Assembly: GCA_964016885.1 (NCBI GenBank)
Contig: OZ024740.1
Span: 328,910,001 to 328,974,000 of the forward strand
Reading direction: 5' to 3'
Length of the DNA stretch: 64,000 nucleotides
Source of the DNA: Eledone cirrhosa
Lineage: Eukaryota
Part shown: positions 25,083 through 39,581 of the stretch, one piece after another
Position numbering within the stretch: the first letter of the stretch is position 1
Layout: every line of letters starts with the position of its first letter
Notes under the pieces: model-generated
The model's database searches: none
Told to the model about the DNA's origin: nothing
The model's input: the letters and a program-made list of their open reading frames with translations, nothing else
Translations under genes and position numbers: made by a program

Positions 25083-25875
25083 GCATACACTTGATGGAGC
25101 TAGTTTGAGGATGCCTGTATGCTAGAGCCTCCTGCATGAAGTACTGTGTTCAATTGGGAACTCTTGTTGAAGCTAGATCGGCGTTGGATGTAAATGCTTC
25201 CCAACATTTATTCCTGCCATCCAGCACATCCTGGATGTATCCCGCTCCACGTACGCTTCGTAGTTCGTTGATCTGTGGTTGTCTTGACGTAGCATCATAC
25301 ATGATGCTTTTGCGGTGTCTCACCATTTGCCACAGTCTATGATGGTCAGTTCACACGTGTGCGCACACTCAACCCCTATGCTTCCAACAATAACACGGTT
25401 TTGTCATCATCTGACGACTTCAATCCTTCAAAATCTGAGAACTTCTCACAGATAAACACCCGCAACACACACATACAGGCACATATTAACTCAAAGTAAA
25501 GATTGTCTCCCATTTAAACACCTTCTCATAAGCAGGATACATTCTGAGCCGCACTTCCCCAACAGAGCTGATTAAATACACATGTGCTTTCTCTTTCTCC
25601 CTCTTCATGTTGTTCTTTCTACTTATTTTATCTCTCATTCTATCTTTTGTTGAAAGACTAACGTCCAAATATATCACTCGTTAAACTAATATATATCTTC
25701 ATTGTAGCGTCTTGTTGTGCTATGTTATTTTTCGTTTACATGTTTTCCTTCGCTTTTAAATCCTCTTTTCTGATTCCACCATGTCTCATTTCTTTCCCAA
25801 CCAAGATATTACCTTTTTTAAATGCACCTGTAATCTCTTCGACATCTTATACATAGTTACTTTCCTTCATCCTCT

Positions 25876-26280
25876 ATGACTCTGTACTCGCCTCACTGTA
25901 ATACCTCTCTCTTCCTTACCAACCTCCCCACTCTTACTGGTACATTCGATTTCTTACTCCGCCATCACTCCTTCACATGCACCTCCATCAATTTTGTCTA
26001 CTCCCTCCTCTGTTTACTTTGTGGCTCCATATACATTGAACTAACAGACTGCCGTCTGGTGGACCGAATAACAGAAAACCCGAGAGACATACGACTTGCC
26101 AAATATATTCCTGTTTCTCGTTACCTTTATTCCTCCAATCATTCAACTTAACACCTATTTGTCTTGGGTCATTCTACATAACAGATTCCCAGCCATGTGC
26201 ATAAGGACCGAGCAGATCCATATTTTCCACCTTGGAACTACATCTGCGCATGGTCTCAGCATTTGCTTTAGTTTCTATAA
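25876..26280 (+). pseudogene. Decayed GIY-YIG domain of a Neptune-type PLE
   Basis: SFTCTSINFVYSLLCLLCGSIYIELTDCRLVDRITENPRDIR..PVSRY..SSNHS, then EQIHIFHLGTTSAHGL. Confidence 0.7.
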
Positions 26281-28069
26281 ACTCCCTTATCCTTTTTCAG
26301 ACACACACATACATGCACATCCACACAAACGCACACACACGCACACATACATAGGATTCCAGCCAACAAAGAGATACACACAGTCACAACACTCGTATAT
26401 ATCACTCACCATACATATATACCTCTGCACACACATAACCTCACACATGCACAGATACACATACATCTGCCGCAACATTCACTGTAAAACCATATACACA
26501 AGCTCCTCCACCCCAATCCCTCTAAACATTTACAATTTTACATGCATGCACGTGTATGTACGTAGTATATACATTTCACTCACGTATCACACACCACAGA
26601 AACACAACGTTTCAGGACTCTCACTTGAGGGTGCATATGCGCTTGTGTTTTCCCCGGAGAAACATCGTTTAGGAGTGTAGAGTTAGCACTAGTGACAGAA
26701 CATAGGTACATACTATTGAGGAAAGGTGGTACAAACATTGCTACTCATTGAAAATAATCAACAAGAGAGCCCGTCACTATCCATAAAATATGTCGTAGTC
26801 TATGCATAGAACAACACAGCTAGCAAAGGAAGATATTTTGCAAGTGGTAATGATTTATGCACGACAGAACCCAGGGATATTACACATGGTGGGTTTCACA
26901 TAATTAATAGTCGCTCTGATGTTTTTAATACATACAGATACAAAATATCAAGGACCTTCTTAAAACACTTTAGTCAACATTTACATGTTCACCATTCCCC
27001 ACCAACGTGGATACAACCCCACATATTACATCCCTTTGAAACCCCCTAATACGTTAATGTATAGGTACACTAGTTAATCTATCCAACGGAGTGTTGGCTT
27101 CTCCAGATCACTTAGCTAATCCTCTAACATCTGATAAATACCACGCTTCCATAGTTAATAACTATTATCCTCCTACCTTACAGGTTAGGACCACGAATAA
27201 CCATTTCCGTAGCATCTAACGTTTTTTCTTTTATTTTGTTATGGTGTGAATACTCTCTTTCTTTTCTTTATTCAGCTATCATTGTGTGTGATTGCGCGTA
27301 TGGGTTATGTGTCTGTATGTATTAGTGTGTTTATGGTGGTCGATATTTAATGAGTACTCGAATGTATGTGGATATATGACTGCATGTAGTATGATGTGAA
27401 CCCACTATATTAAGATTTAGCTCAAGCACACGGTTACGGCCATACTCGCAAGCTTTAACTGAAGCGCACACTCTCTTCCACCTACACCACAAGAAATATA
27501 AATATTCATTCGCTAAAGACACAATGATACTATAGTGATAATATTAATGATGCTCATAAAAATACGACTGTGATCACCCATTGAGAAGAAACTGAACGAC
27601 CGTATATCAATAGGAAATATACTTATAATAGTTATTGGTTAATGGCCCCCTTAAAGACCGGAGCGGGATGACTAAATAATGAACACCCGGAGACACCTTT
27701 AGTACACTAATCTACTGCAACTTCTACCTCCACAGCAGCTCACACTTCTATTTTTCTAGATAACCAACGTCAGCTAGATGTAGCATATGCCTGCTGTAAC
27801 CCTAAAGAACAACATCTCTTCGGCGGCAGGTATATCAAAAGCCATCAACAAAAACAAAACATCGTTTATATATTCAGTCCCTGACTGACTGCAACGCAGG
27901 AAATAACTATTGATTTAAAACATTCTAATGCCTTTGAAAGGGACATAGCATGTGTGCGGTAAGATCATAAAATTAAAGTTGAATATTTAAAACTGTCTCT
28001 CTCTTTTTCTTTCTTCACACGCACACACACACACAGACACACACAAAAACACACACAATAAAACACATT

Positions 28070-28109
<40 letters not shown>

Positions 28110-28374
28110 GAAAATGCTATTTTCATCATTTCTAAAAAATAGCAAAACAATTGATGCTTTGGATAGGGTCAAACAGTAGTCGTTATACATGCTCAACCTA
28201 CCGTGACGCCTAAACCAATCAGCTTTAGTAATCCAGTTAAACCTCACACCGATTGGTCGAAATATAGTTTGCAAAATTTAGCATCCTGTATCCTCTTTTC
28301 ACTGTATATAAGGCACAAAATTTACCCATCTCATTACAGTTGAAAATTGCAAACTTGACTGTCAGCACAGAATA

Positions 28375-28413
28375 TGAACCTGAAGATTGCGAAAACATGA
28401 AAGTACTTGTTCA
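28375..28413 (+). ncRNA. Minimal type I hammerhead with weak stem II
   Basis: tgaac CTGAAGA ttgcgaaaacat GAAA gtac TT gttca; palindromic stem III agtact. Confidence 0.6.
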
Positions 28414-28565
28414 ATTAACACTTAACATTTAATATTCTACCATACTATTTCATTCTAATACCATTATACATTTTAAAGGATTGTAAATAAAACGAGTAAA
28501 TCAGACAAAGCTGGAATTCCTTTTATTAATATAATCTTCTATGCACAATCATACACACACGTGTA

Positions 28566-28634
<69 letters not shown>

Positions 28635-28691
28635 CCAAATGTTAAACAACGTTCATTGATTATTCTTGCATGTTATGCATCAATTTATGTA

Positions 28692-28753
28692 TTTTATCTG
28701 ATGAGGACGTACTGAAAAAACACCACAGTACCTCCGAAATATATATAATAAAA
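28692..28753 (+). ncRNA. Type I hammerhead ribozyme
   Basis: ttttat CTGATGA gga-c-gtactg...cagtac-c-tcc GAAA tatata TA ataaaa; sits in a ~160-bp segment between (TA)n tracts. Confidence 0.9.
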
Positions 28754-28795
28754 CATATATTTTGATTATGTGAATGTATTTTCAATAATATATAT

Positions 28796-30161
28796 ATGAA
28801 TGAAAATAGACCGAGAAACAGGAATGTCCATCATCAGTAGCCTGCTGATTAGCATTGGTATTTCTTCGCATTAATGACTAGATGCCTAAAATCAATGTGA
28901 GCGATAACTAAATTAAGTTATCGGGACAGAGGAAAGTAAACAAACAACATGGTAGTAATTCAACGTAAAGAGAAGAAAAGAGAGACAAGTCAATGAATCT
29001 TGTCGGCTTAAGTGCAACAAATTAAATGACGAGAAGAGGCAGACACGTCCGAGCCACGCGAAAAGTGAGAGAGGAAAGAATTTCACGCAGGTCAGACGGG
29101 AGGAAGTGAGTGATGAGTAGTAGCAGAGAGTGAGTGAGTGAAAGTGTGAGGAAGGGGCCAGCCGAGAGTGTGTGGCCAGCAGCGGGGGCGGAAGAAAGCA
29201 AGTCGTAAAGGAGAGAGAAGGTGAGAGAGAAAGAGGATAGCAGTAAGGTGACAGAAAAAATACGAACCACAGCGAAGGGAAAAAATATATGTGAATGACA
29301 TATGGCGTGTTGCGTTGTTGCAGAGATGAACATATGAATGAAAATAGACCGAGAAACAGGAATGTCCAACTCCAGTAGCCTGCTGATTATCATTGGTATT
29401 TCTTCGCATTAAAGACTAGATACCTAAAATCAGTGCGAGCGATAACTAAATTAAGTTATCGGGACAGAGGAAAGTAAACAAACACCATGGTAGTAATGCA
29501 AGGTAAAGACAGGAAAAGGAAATACCAATGATAATCAGCAGGAAACTGATGATGGACATTCCTGTTTCTCGGTCTATTTTCATTCATATGTTCATTTTTG
29601 CAACAACGCAACACGCCATTTTTCATTCACATATATTTTTTCCCTTCGCTGTGGTTCGTATTTTTTCTGTCACCTTACTGCTATCCTCGTTCTCTCTCCC
29701 CTTCTCTCTCATTTACCTCTAGCTTTCTTCCACCACGGCTGCTGGCCACACACTCTCGGCTGGCCCCTTCCTCACACTTTCACTCACTCACTCTCTGCTA
29801 CTCATCCTCTTTCACTTCCTCCCGTCTGACCTGCGTGAAATTCTTTCCTCTCTCACTTTTCCCGTGGCTCTGACGTGTCTGCCTCTTCTCGTCATTTGAT
29901 TTGTCGGACTTAAGTCCACAAGATTCATGACTTGTCTCTCTTTTCTTCTCTTTACGTTGCATTACTACCATTTTGTTTGTTTACTTTCCTCTGTCCCGAT
30001 AACTTAATTTAGTTATCGCTCACATTGATTTTAGGCTTCTAGTCTTTAATGCGAAGAAATACCAACGATATCAGCAGGCTACTGATGATGGACATTCCTG
30101 TTTCTCGGTCTATTTTCATTCATATGTTCATATTTGCAACAACGCAGCACGCCATTTTTCA

Positions 30162-30167
<6 letters not shown>
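28796..30167. repeat. Inverted pair of partial tandem arrays of a ~538-bp non-coding unit
   Basis: Left arm 28796-29520 and right arm 29521-30167 are reverse complements; each is 1.2-1.35 units; flanked by (TA)n. Confidence 0.85.
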
Positions 30168-30209
<42 letters not shown>

Positions 30210-30309
30210 TAGGAACGATCGAGTTTCGTCACATCGGACCTAGGAAACAATGTTTCCGTTGGTCTTTCCAATTGCTAATACTATCTATCGGTCGCAACAC
30301 CAGGTAGAA

Positions 30310-30426
30310 GGAGCAACGTGAAGTAAAGTGTCTTGCTCAAGGACATAACGCAACGCCTGGTCCAGGAATCGAACTTACAACCTCACGATTGCGAATCCAA
30401 TTCTCTAACCACTCAGCCACACGCCT
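30310..30426 (-). mobile_element. Second tRNA-derived SINE type (CORE-like), 5' fragment
   Basis: Minus strand: aggcgtgtggctgagtggttagaga (A box), ttcgattcc (B box), ccttgagcaagacacttt. Confidence 0.7.
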
Positions 30427-30860
30427 ATATACATATATACGAAATACCGATCGGTCATGTTTGAACATGTATTGTAACCACAGCAAAAGTCTTTACCAAC
30501 GCACCCACACAGAGTTTTCGGTGAAAGAGCAGCGATCGCCAATGCATGTAAGTCTCCCATGTTCTTATTCCTATTTTTTGCAAGGAAAAGTGATATTAAA
30601 TACATTTTGTCATTAGTGACGTCCCATGCAATTTCAGAACGAAAATTGCTGCTAGAAATACACGAAACCATGATGATCGTTGCTCTGAAAATTCAGCTAA
30701 TCCACGGATTTAGCCTTCATATCATAAAAGTCTGAATTTAGCATGAAACCACCAGTTAACATTAACAGAAATCATATAATGTTTCAATACAAAAACGTTC
30801 ATATATATATATATATATATATAATATAAGATCAAAAGATGGTTAAAGGAGTTCCATATA

Positions 30861-30927
30861 TTTTATTATGCGCATTTCAAAAACAAACATCATCATGCAA
30901 TAATATTTGTGTTTTCATCAGATAAAA
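30861..30927 (-). ncRNA. Type I hammerhead ribozyme (mirror copy)
   Basis: Reverse complement of 31050-31116. Confidence 0.85.
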
Positions 30928-31049
30928 CAGGAGAACATGATATGAAGGCTAAAAAACACTTGTGGATAGTGCAGTTTTAAATCAACATATGTTGATTTAA
31001 AACTGCACTATCCACAAGTGTTTTTTAGCCTTCATATCATGTTCTCCTG

Positions 31050-31116
31050 TTTTATCTGATGAAAACACAAATATTATTGCATGATGATGTTTGTTTTTGA
31101 AATGCGCATAATAAAA
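31050..31116 (+). ncRNA. Type I hammerhead ribozyme
   Basis: ttttat CTGATGA aaa-c-acaaatattatt..gatgatgtttgt-t-ttt GAAA tgcgca TA ataaaa. Confidence 0.85.
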
Positions 31117-31294
31117 TATATGGAACTCCTTTAACCATCTTTTGATCTTATATTATGCATACTCCAGTCCTACAAACTGTAGAGTGCTTCTTATCCGATA
31201 TCTGCATTGCTTTATTGTCCTACAATAAAACTCACCTCCTACATATATATATATATATATATATTCACAAAATATGCACAAAATATACAATTAA

Positions 31295-31345
<51 letters not shown>

Positions 31346-32201
31346 ATTGTATATTTTTGTGCATATTCCTGTGTGTATTCATAGATATTTCTAAAGATAA
31401 ATCTTATAAAATCTAAAATCATGTATGTGTGTGTATGTCTGCCTATTTATTTTGGCACCCCTTTTAATCGAATTCAAATATCTGTTATTTAAACAAATTC
31501 TGTTGTTTTTTTTTTGTTACAGTTTTACAGTGGATAGCTTAACAAATATAATAATCACACATTCGCCCGTGATAAAACATTTCTTTATATTACAAATATA
31601 TTTTTTATCACCAGTTGCTATTTATGTGATTTTAAAATGAGGGAAACATATATTTGAAACGCTAAACTGTCACATATATAGGCATAAAATTGCGCATACA
31701 CATATACATAAATCACATACACTATCATGTACGTATATGCATATTGATATCTCTACACAAACACCCATACATATATATTTATAGGTACAAGGACTTATGA
31801 GTTGGCTTGAACGATAAAAGTGTGAAGAATCGATATTCTGTACATGATAATATATTTGTAAAATACAAATAACAAAACTTTGCCGTCTGCCAGCATATGT
31901 GATTGACTGCTTGCATATGTATGTATATATATATATATACACACACACCCGCTCATATATGTATATAAATATATATGTTAAATGTTTTATATATATGTGT
32001 ATATGTGTGTGTGTGTGTGTGTGCGCGCGCGCGTATGTGTGTACATATATATGATTGTGTGATAGGGAATAACAAGGTGTATAAAAGTGTGAATATTTGT
32101 GAATAAGTTGATATTTTTCTCTTTCTGTGCAATTGAATGATTGAAGTAGAGGAAAAAAACTTCCCTCTCTATTTCTCTCTCTCTCCCTTTATATATATAT
32201 A

Positions 32202-32202
32202 A

Positions 32203-32294
<92 letters not shown>
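32202..32294. repeat. (GA)n microsatellite
   Basis: Direct reading. Confidence 0.95.
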
Positions 32295-32300
<6 letters not shown>

Positions 32301-32618
32301 AATTGAAGGAATTAAGTATTATTATTTGGAACTCCAAATATCCACTAGAACATAAGCACAAAAGAAGAAAATCTTGACGTTTCATTAATAATACTTGCAA
32401 TTAATAATATTTAATAATACGTAAAAATGGTCACCTCAACGTTTTCGTCGATCACTTGTCAACTCAAGAGCCATATGGTGCATCTAGAAGTACATTATTG
32501 GAGTAGCGCTTTAGCATCACGAGTATCCTATATGTAGCATTGCAAAGCCTATCTAATGAATAACCACTTGTAAATTTCCTGTACGCGTTCTTTGTAATAT
32601 TATTTTTTTCTTTTATGC

Positions 32619-32667
32619 TTGTCTGATGAATTAGTGCTATGTAAGAAGCTGAGAAAAGTTGTCAGAA
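32619..32667 (+). ncRNA. Possible decayed hammerhead
   Basis: ttgt CTGATGA attagt...gctga GAAA agttg TC agaa; stems imperfect. Confidence 0.4.
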
Positions 32668-34159
32668 TATCTAATATACCTGGAGTTATAGTAAATATAT
32701 TTTGCATCAGATTAAATAGATTGGTAGAATTGTTAGAGTATAAAAAATAGCCTGCGGCATTTGTTTCGGCTCATGACATCCTGAAACACTACTTCCATCA
32801 CCCTGCCTGATAAGGGCAGCAACAACTTTTAGTCTATAGCTCTCAATGTATTTCTGAGGTTTCCTCTATCTTACTTTCTCTTTGCATATTTTCTGAATGT
32901 TTTCTGCATGTTTTCTGAAGTATATTCTATAATTCTGTTTTCATTTTGTTTTGTAAACAAACGTGTTCTTTATCGAAATCTTTCTTTTCACTATAATTAG
33001 TTTCTAGCTTGTTTTATATTGCTTCCTTAGAGGGAAAAGTTTGTTGCCTTATACTAATCCATTTCCTTTTACTTGCTTTTAAGTATTTTTCTACTTACGT
33101 TTACTGGTAAAATTCGTAGATTTTCTAACCTTTTAAAGACAGAGTGGAAACTATGTAAACTTCTTTTATCATTTCGGCGTAATTGTGCAATACACCAAAG
33201 ACCAGTAAAGTTAACGAAATTCAGACATAGTTTGCATTTCTGTAGGCTGATGTATATTAGTACCAAATGAATTGCCATGAATTTCCTTCTGAAAACGAAT
33301 GAGTGGCTAAACGTGATGAGTGTAGGATTTTTGGTGGCTAATGAGAAGAGGAAGAAAGCTAGTGGTTAGGAATTTGATACATTCATAGTTCAGATGAATG
33401 AAAGTCTCTATAGTAGCTGTAGAAAAGGATAACGAATATGTTTGTGACATAATTGTTGTACCGTCTGTAGTGATAATCGAGACTTTGTAGTACTACTTTT
33501 ATGGATCAAATTGTAAACAGTCTAGTTTATCTGAATAGAGAAAAATGTCCCTATGGAGAAGGAGCTGTATTATGAATAATTAAATAAAAAGGTTTGTCAA
33601 CTATTTTCAAAGCATGTTAAATTACCAAATGTTTTGAAAAAAATCCACGCGTTGAAATCTGGATCTTTAAAAGTCATATCTCATTGCACTGATCAGTTGA
33701 AGCATGAGATTTTGTTGTGGTTGTGTTTGAAGTTTAAAACACTCGACGAATTATAACTGATTCCCTTGTACAATGAAATCATGGCAAAATATTCAAAGAA
33801 AAAATGTGTTAAGGATAATGTTCAGTTTTAAGGTTAAAACAAAATGAACTAAAATAGAGTTAATGAAAATCACGCGGAATCGTGTAATTTGAAATTATTG
33901 GAAACAACACACTGGTAAGAAGATAATGACCGTAGGGGTTTCATATATCTTTGAAAGTGAAGCCATTAAAATATTCAAAATGACTCGTTGTACGGTATGA
34001 TGCACGGATCCTAAACACTATCATCATGATTAATGGTATTGATAGTGCAACTTAAAAACGTGCATAAAGAGACCAGGTGTAAGAAAATACGTGGATATGA
34101 TTTAGTTTTTGTTAGGAGTGATCTAGAACACATCATTAAAATAGATTAAGACATCAATT

Positions 34160-34329
34160 TCAATAGCTGTATAGTTAAGAAGCTCGTTTCACGTTTTTGC
34201 GTTTAGTCGCACTGCGAGCCACCTTGTGCAGGTGTTCCCTACCATAGCCATGGGGAGACGAATTACTTGCAAGAGAAATTGAGATGACTGAAACTGCGTG
34301 AAATCCAATCGTTAATATGAATATATAAG

Positions 34330-34418
<89 letters not shown>

Positions 34419-34570
34419 GTTCGTGCATGTGTGTATTTGTGTCTACTTGTTTATGTCTCGTAAATTAGCTGATCAACGAAAAGAGGTCGAGAAAATAAAT
34501 GCCAGACGCAATAATATATGTGCTGGAGTCAATATAATTTTCTAAATACTCTTATAGGAGGACGTAGAGT
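34160..34570 (+). mobile_element. Decayed SINE with internal (GA)n
   Basis: Degenerate tRNA-like head, caccttgtgcaggtgtt core-like motif and ggtcgagaaaataaatgccag tail motif. Confidence 0.4.
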
Positions 34571-35256
34571 GGCTGCTATTCTGAAAACATATAGGAAATA
34601 TAATAAAATAATTAAAATTTTAAGGTATTGTTAAGTTACATATGTGTAGGTATACCAAGGATTAATTTCTGGTACGTTATAATACCAAAGCTCAGAATAA
34701 CTACAATTTTACTTCAGGTATGAGATCATGTCTTTCGTTATATATCTTAAGAGAGATCCATTATACTATAAGTAAGTCTAAGAATTCGTTTTGTGGAAAC
34801 GTCACACCTTTTAGTCTTATACTTGTATTTACATATGCTAACATATACTTTATATTACCATGCTAATATGATATATATTAACATTCTAGACAATGACGCA
34901 CAGTACCCGAATCTTATAAGCACCTATATATCCAAAGAAATCAGAGGAAAGAAAATCCACAATTGATTTATGGTGTATAATGGACATTTTTAATTATCGT
35001 GCAGAATACATTGTATCAATTACTTGCAAAACTCGTTTAATACATTCTAGAGTAAAAGAATCACCTCACTGATAAAATGACTTTACCGTAAAATCTCACA
35101 TAATTTATTTTTCCTCTACTCAAAGTGTTAAACATTCTCAAGTCTATCGACTATATCGTTTCAGTTAGTGCAACATTTTGTTAAAACTATTCAACTGGTA
35201 ACTTACAAATAAGCTATGAGTGATATGTAGATTCTGCTTCTTGTACTATGTTAATA

Positions 35257-35448
35257 TAATTGTTTCTACTTTTGGCACAAGGCCAGCAATTATTCCAGTG
35301 TATTACTGTTACTTTATTTTATCGACCCCGTAAGGATGAAAGGCAAAGTTAACCTCAGTGGGATCTGAACTCAGATCATAAAGGGGCATAACTCTATGCT
35401 GCAAAGCATGGTGTCCGACGCTCTACTGATACTGCCAATCCACCGCCC
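35257..35448 (-). mobile_element. tRNA-derived SINE, full length
   Basis: Same family as 8158-8346. Confidence 0.85.
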
Positions 35449-35692
35449 TACGACCCCAAAATGAAGCCACTCGGAGGTAGCTGGAGTTGGTAAAACTAGC
35501 ACCAAAATCCTTTTGATATCGCATCATATCATGTTGACATGGAAAGAATATATTGGTTAAAGTTAAGTTAGGGGGATCACAGCTAGAAGCATTTACCATA
35601 ATATCCTGTCAGTCAGGGCTGACTTAGTCCTAAATAACAAGGTCATTGATATGGAAATACATAAAATATTCCCAAAAGGCCATGCCACTTGC

Positions 35693-35998
35693 CAGTGCCG
35701 GATTTATAGGGCGGAGGGGACAAAGGGGGTAATTTCCCCTGCTCCCCTGCAGAGAAGGGCCCCGCCAGCGACGGCCGTAGCAATTTATTTGTGCCCTCAG
35801 CAGAGCTTTTAAGGTCTAGGATGGTTGGAATGTTTTAATTTAATAACTGTATGTATAACTTTTCAACTCCAATTACTTGCGCCAAGCTAAATTTTATTTG
35901 CACAATTGGGGGGGTTGCTGTGTATTCTAATTGTTTGTGTATTAGGGGCTGCCCAAACCCGAAGTGCCCCCACACCCCGCACTCTCAATCCAACCCTG
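35693..35998. mobile_element. hAT-type MITE
   Basis: Imperfect TIRs cagtgccggatt / aatccaaccctg; 8-bp target duplication ccacttgc (35685-35692) / acacttgc (35999-36006); GC-rich subterminal regions. Confidence 0.7.
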
Positions 35999-36029
35999 AC
36001 ACTTGCAATACAATAAACACAAAAGAAGG

Positions 36030-36550
36030 TGCACTATTTTTCCGACAAAATACGCAAGACAACATGGAACCTCACCGTATACACACTTTACATTATTCTT
36101 AAGTACCACAAAACGAAATTCCCTTCCATATCAAGGTTAATCAACTCCTCCAAATGTGAATTGCGAATATGTAGTAAACATATTCTTGAATTAATTATCC
36201 TCAAAATGAGTAATAGTAGTTCTCTCTTGTTATTTAGTGGTTTCATGGCATTGATAACGCATTAGCCTGTCAATCCACCCAATTAAACGTTGCGATCTTT
36301 TATCTATTCATCTATAAATGTCGTCTGGTGAAAATTATGAATTTGGAGTGTAATTTATTACAATTAGCAATCTAGACAGTAGTATAATAGCGAAAAACAG
36401 GACATTATGCCTATACCCCCATGATATTTACTAAGTAAAGAACGAGCGCAACCCATTGTTGGACGCCACTGTGAGCTGCAGTTCAATCTTATGGGATTGT
36501 AAGTCTTCGTACGCTTTCGAAAAGGCCCACATATTCTGAGATTTCCTTAG
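36030..36550 (+). pseudogene. Decayed PLE RT fragment
   Basis: ILKYHKTKFPSISRLINSSKCELRICSKHILE aligns with TLKDPTSDFDRKPSIRLINPTKSDVGRISKKILD of the 44 kb element. Confidence 0.6.
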
Positions 36551-37800
36551 TAGACAGAAAAACATAAGTGATTCCCTATATATATATATTTAACCAGTAA
36601 ACCAGTATCTAACGAGTCTAAAGAGAATTATAGTCAAATGATATTCATATCAAACACAATCTAGAACATAAATGGAATAGCTAGTTCAATGTATATCATA
36701 TATATTTGTAGGGTTGTAATTAGGGAATGTTCGTTTATGTACAACACTGTGAATATTAAGGGGAAACATATATAGCTAATCTGGGTAAAAGAGAATAAAT
36801 GAATGTGTTTCTCATTGTATATATTTTCACTGTTGCTGTTATAAACTCCAGTTAAACCTGCACATCTATATTAGATTTTATAATATACGTTGAGCTGTGG
36901 ATATTATTTAATTAATTACGCCACTGTAAAATGCACATTATGCATGCTAGATTAGGTGATCTAGTTAAGTTCTTCTTTGGTTTGATATAAATAACATTTG
37001 ACTATATAACCTTTTGTGGACAGATATACAAAGGTACCTGTCCATTATTGAAGGACCAATTAGTTGTAAAGCATATATAAACAATGTTTCATTTTTGCAA
37101 AGAAAATAACAGAGATGTTTTCACGTTTGTTTAATCATTCCTAGCTCCTGTTACAACAGCATTGCATTTATTATCGATTTTCTAGTATACGTGCTGCTGT
37201 GGTTAAATCATCACATACACACACGCACCCATACACAGACTCAAAAACATTCAGAGGAAGGAGCCCTATTAGGTTAAAAAATCGATTAAAAGTGCTTATC
37301 ATTTTTTCAGTTTACAGGTAAGTTCGCATTGTCTGGCATGTTTGCATGCTACATATTAAATATATGTATATACACATTGGTGAAGTATCGAATACACACT
37401 CTGTATGTATACTGTTATTACTTTATCATGCACTTTGGCTGCTAGCACCCTTCTCAATGCATATCTTAATTAATTACGACAAAAACGCAAATTATATGCA
37501 AATTGGTACGTCTTTTTCAGAATAATACTAAGAGTGAATAGACATATAAACAGATCAAATATATTTTTCCTTGTGGTTGTATACATGATATGCACAACTA
37601 CTGAAAAGGGCCCACTTCTGTCCGAAAATCGATTTAAGCTCTTTATCATTTTTTTCAATTAAGAGAGAAATTCGTATTTTCAAGAGCGTACAAGACTAGA
37701 TATTAAATATATTCTAGTTATAAACACACTAATACAATTTCGGTTACACACTCTCTATTTATACACATACAATTTTATCGCACACTTTGTCTGCATTTCA

Positions 37801-37836
<36 letters not shown>

Positions 37837-37928
37837 GCTTTCACCGTAATTTTTGACTAGTCAAAAAATACGGTGAAAGTTATTCTGTTTTCAAATTTTA
37901 AACCTGCTCACTGTTTCAAAACATATTT

Positions 37929-37983
<55 letters not shown>

Positions 37984-38142
37984 ATTCGAATTGTCCGACA
38001 ACAAACATTAGCTATCCTAGATGTAATCGCTTATATATTGACAAAACACGTGTCAGTTGAATAATATTAATCCTATTAATAAATGACATGAATACACCAA
38101 TTTCACAATTGCCAATACTCGAATTTAACAATCAAGACCGTA

Positions 38143-38905
<763 letters not shown>

Positions 38906-39581
38906 GTTGGCAACTAAACTGGCAACCCCACCAAGTTTTCTTGGTGAGGAGGGTGACTTTGGACATCCTGCAGGACTAAAAACAAAACCTGTCAAAGGGA
39001 AAAGGAGCTCTTAAGAGTCAATGGCCATCCAAAATCACCGAGAGAGATGACCTCTTAGCCTTTGTCAAGGCAGAATTCTAGGAGAAGGAAAACTCTGATA
39101 TAACACCTGCAACCCTGATGGTATCCAATGATGTTGACTTGTTCTTCTTTTTGGTAAATATCATCTTGGTTAAGAGAGTGGGACTGGCTTTGTGCAGTGC
39201 CTTTGCTCACTATAAAAGCTTCACGGCACAGGCATTGCTTTATATCTGGAGATCTCTCTGCACTTGTCGTCACATGGTACCATGGGCCCAGCACTATATG
39301 TCAATAATTGTCACAAGTGTAGTGTTTGTACCAGAGCTTTCAAGTCGCTGGCTGGACTAAAAATCACACTCGTTCAGCGCAACGGTAGGGGTTCTCCTAC
39401 ATGGATATAAAGTAGTGGCCGTACTCGAAAACGAGTTGGCAGCCTCCATATATATATGTATATATAGTGTATTTTGCAATACACTGTATGCTTAATTAAA
39501 AGCATTTCGAAGACCTTATGCTATTGTTTTAGAGTAGTGACAGACTCACTTACTTTAATTTCAGCAAACAGGGGGATATAA

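Larger units (their letters stand above)
30821..31156. repeat. Perfect spacer-less 336-bp palindrome containing two opposed HHRs
   Basis: Symmetry centre at 30988/30989 (catatg); no mismatch seen between arms. Confidence 0.9.

Noticed and set aside
32850-34140. Possible very old minus-strand PLE RT remnant
   Set aside because: Only faint motif echoes; not supportable without a profile search.
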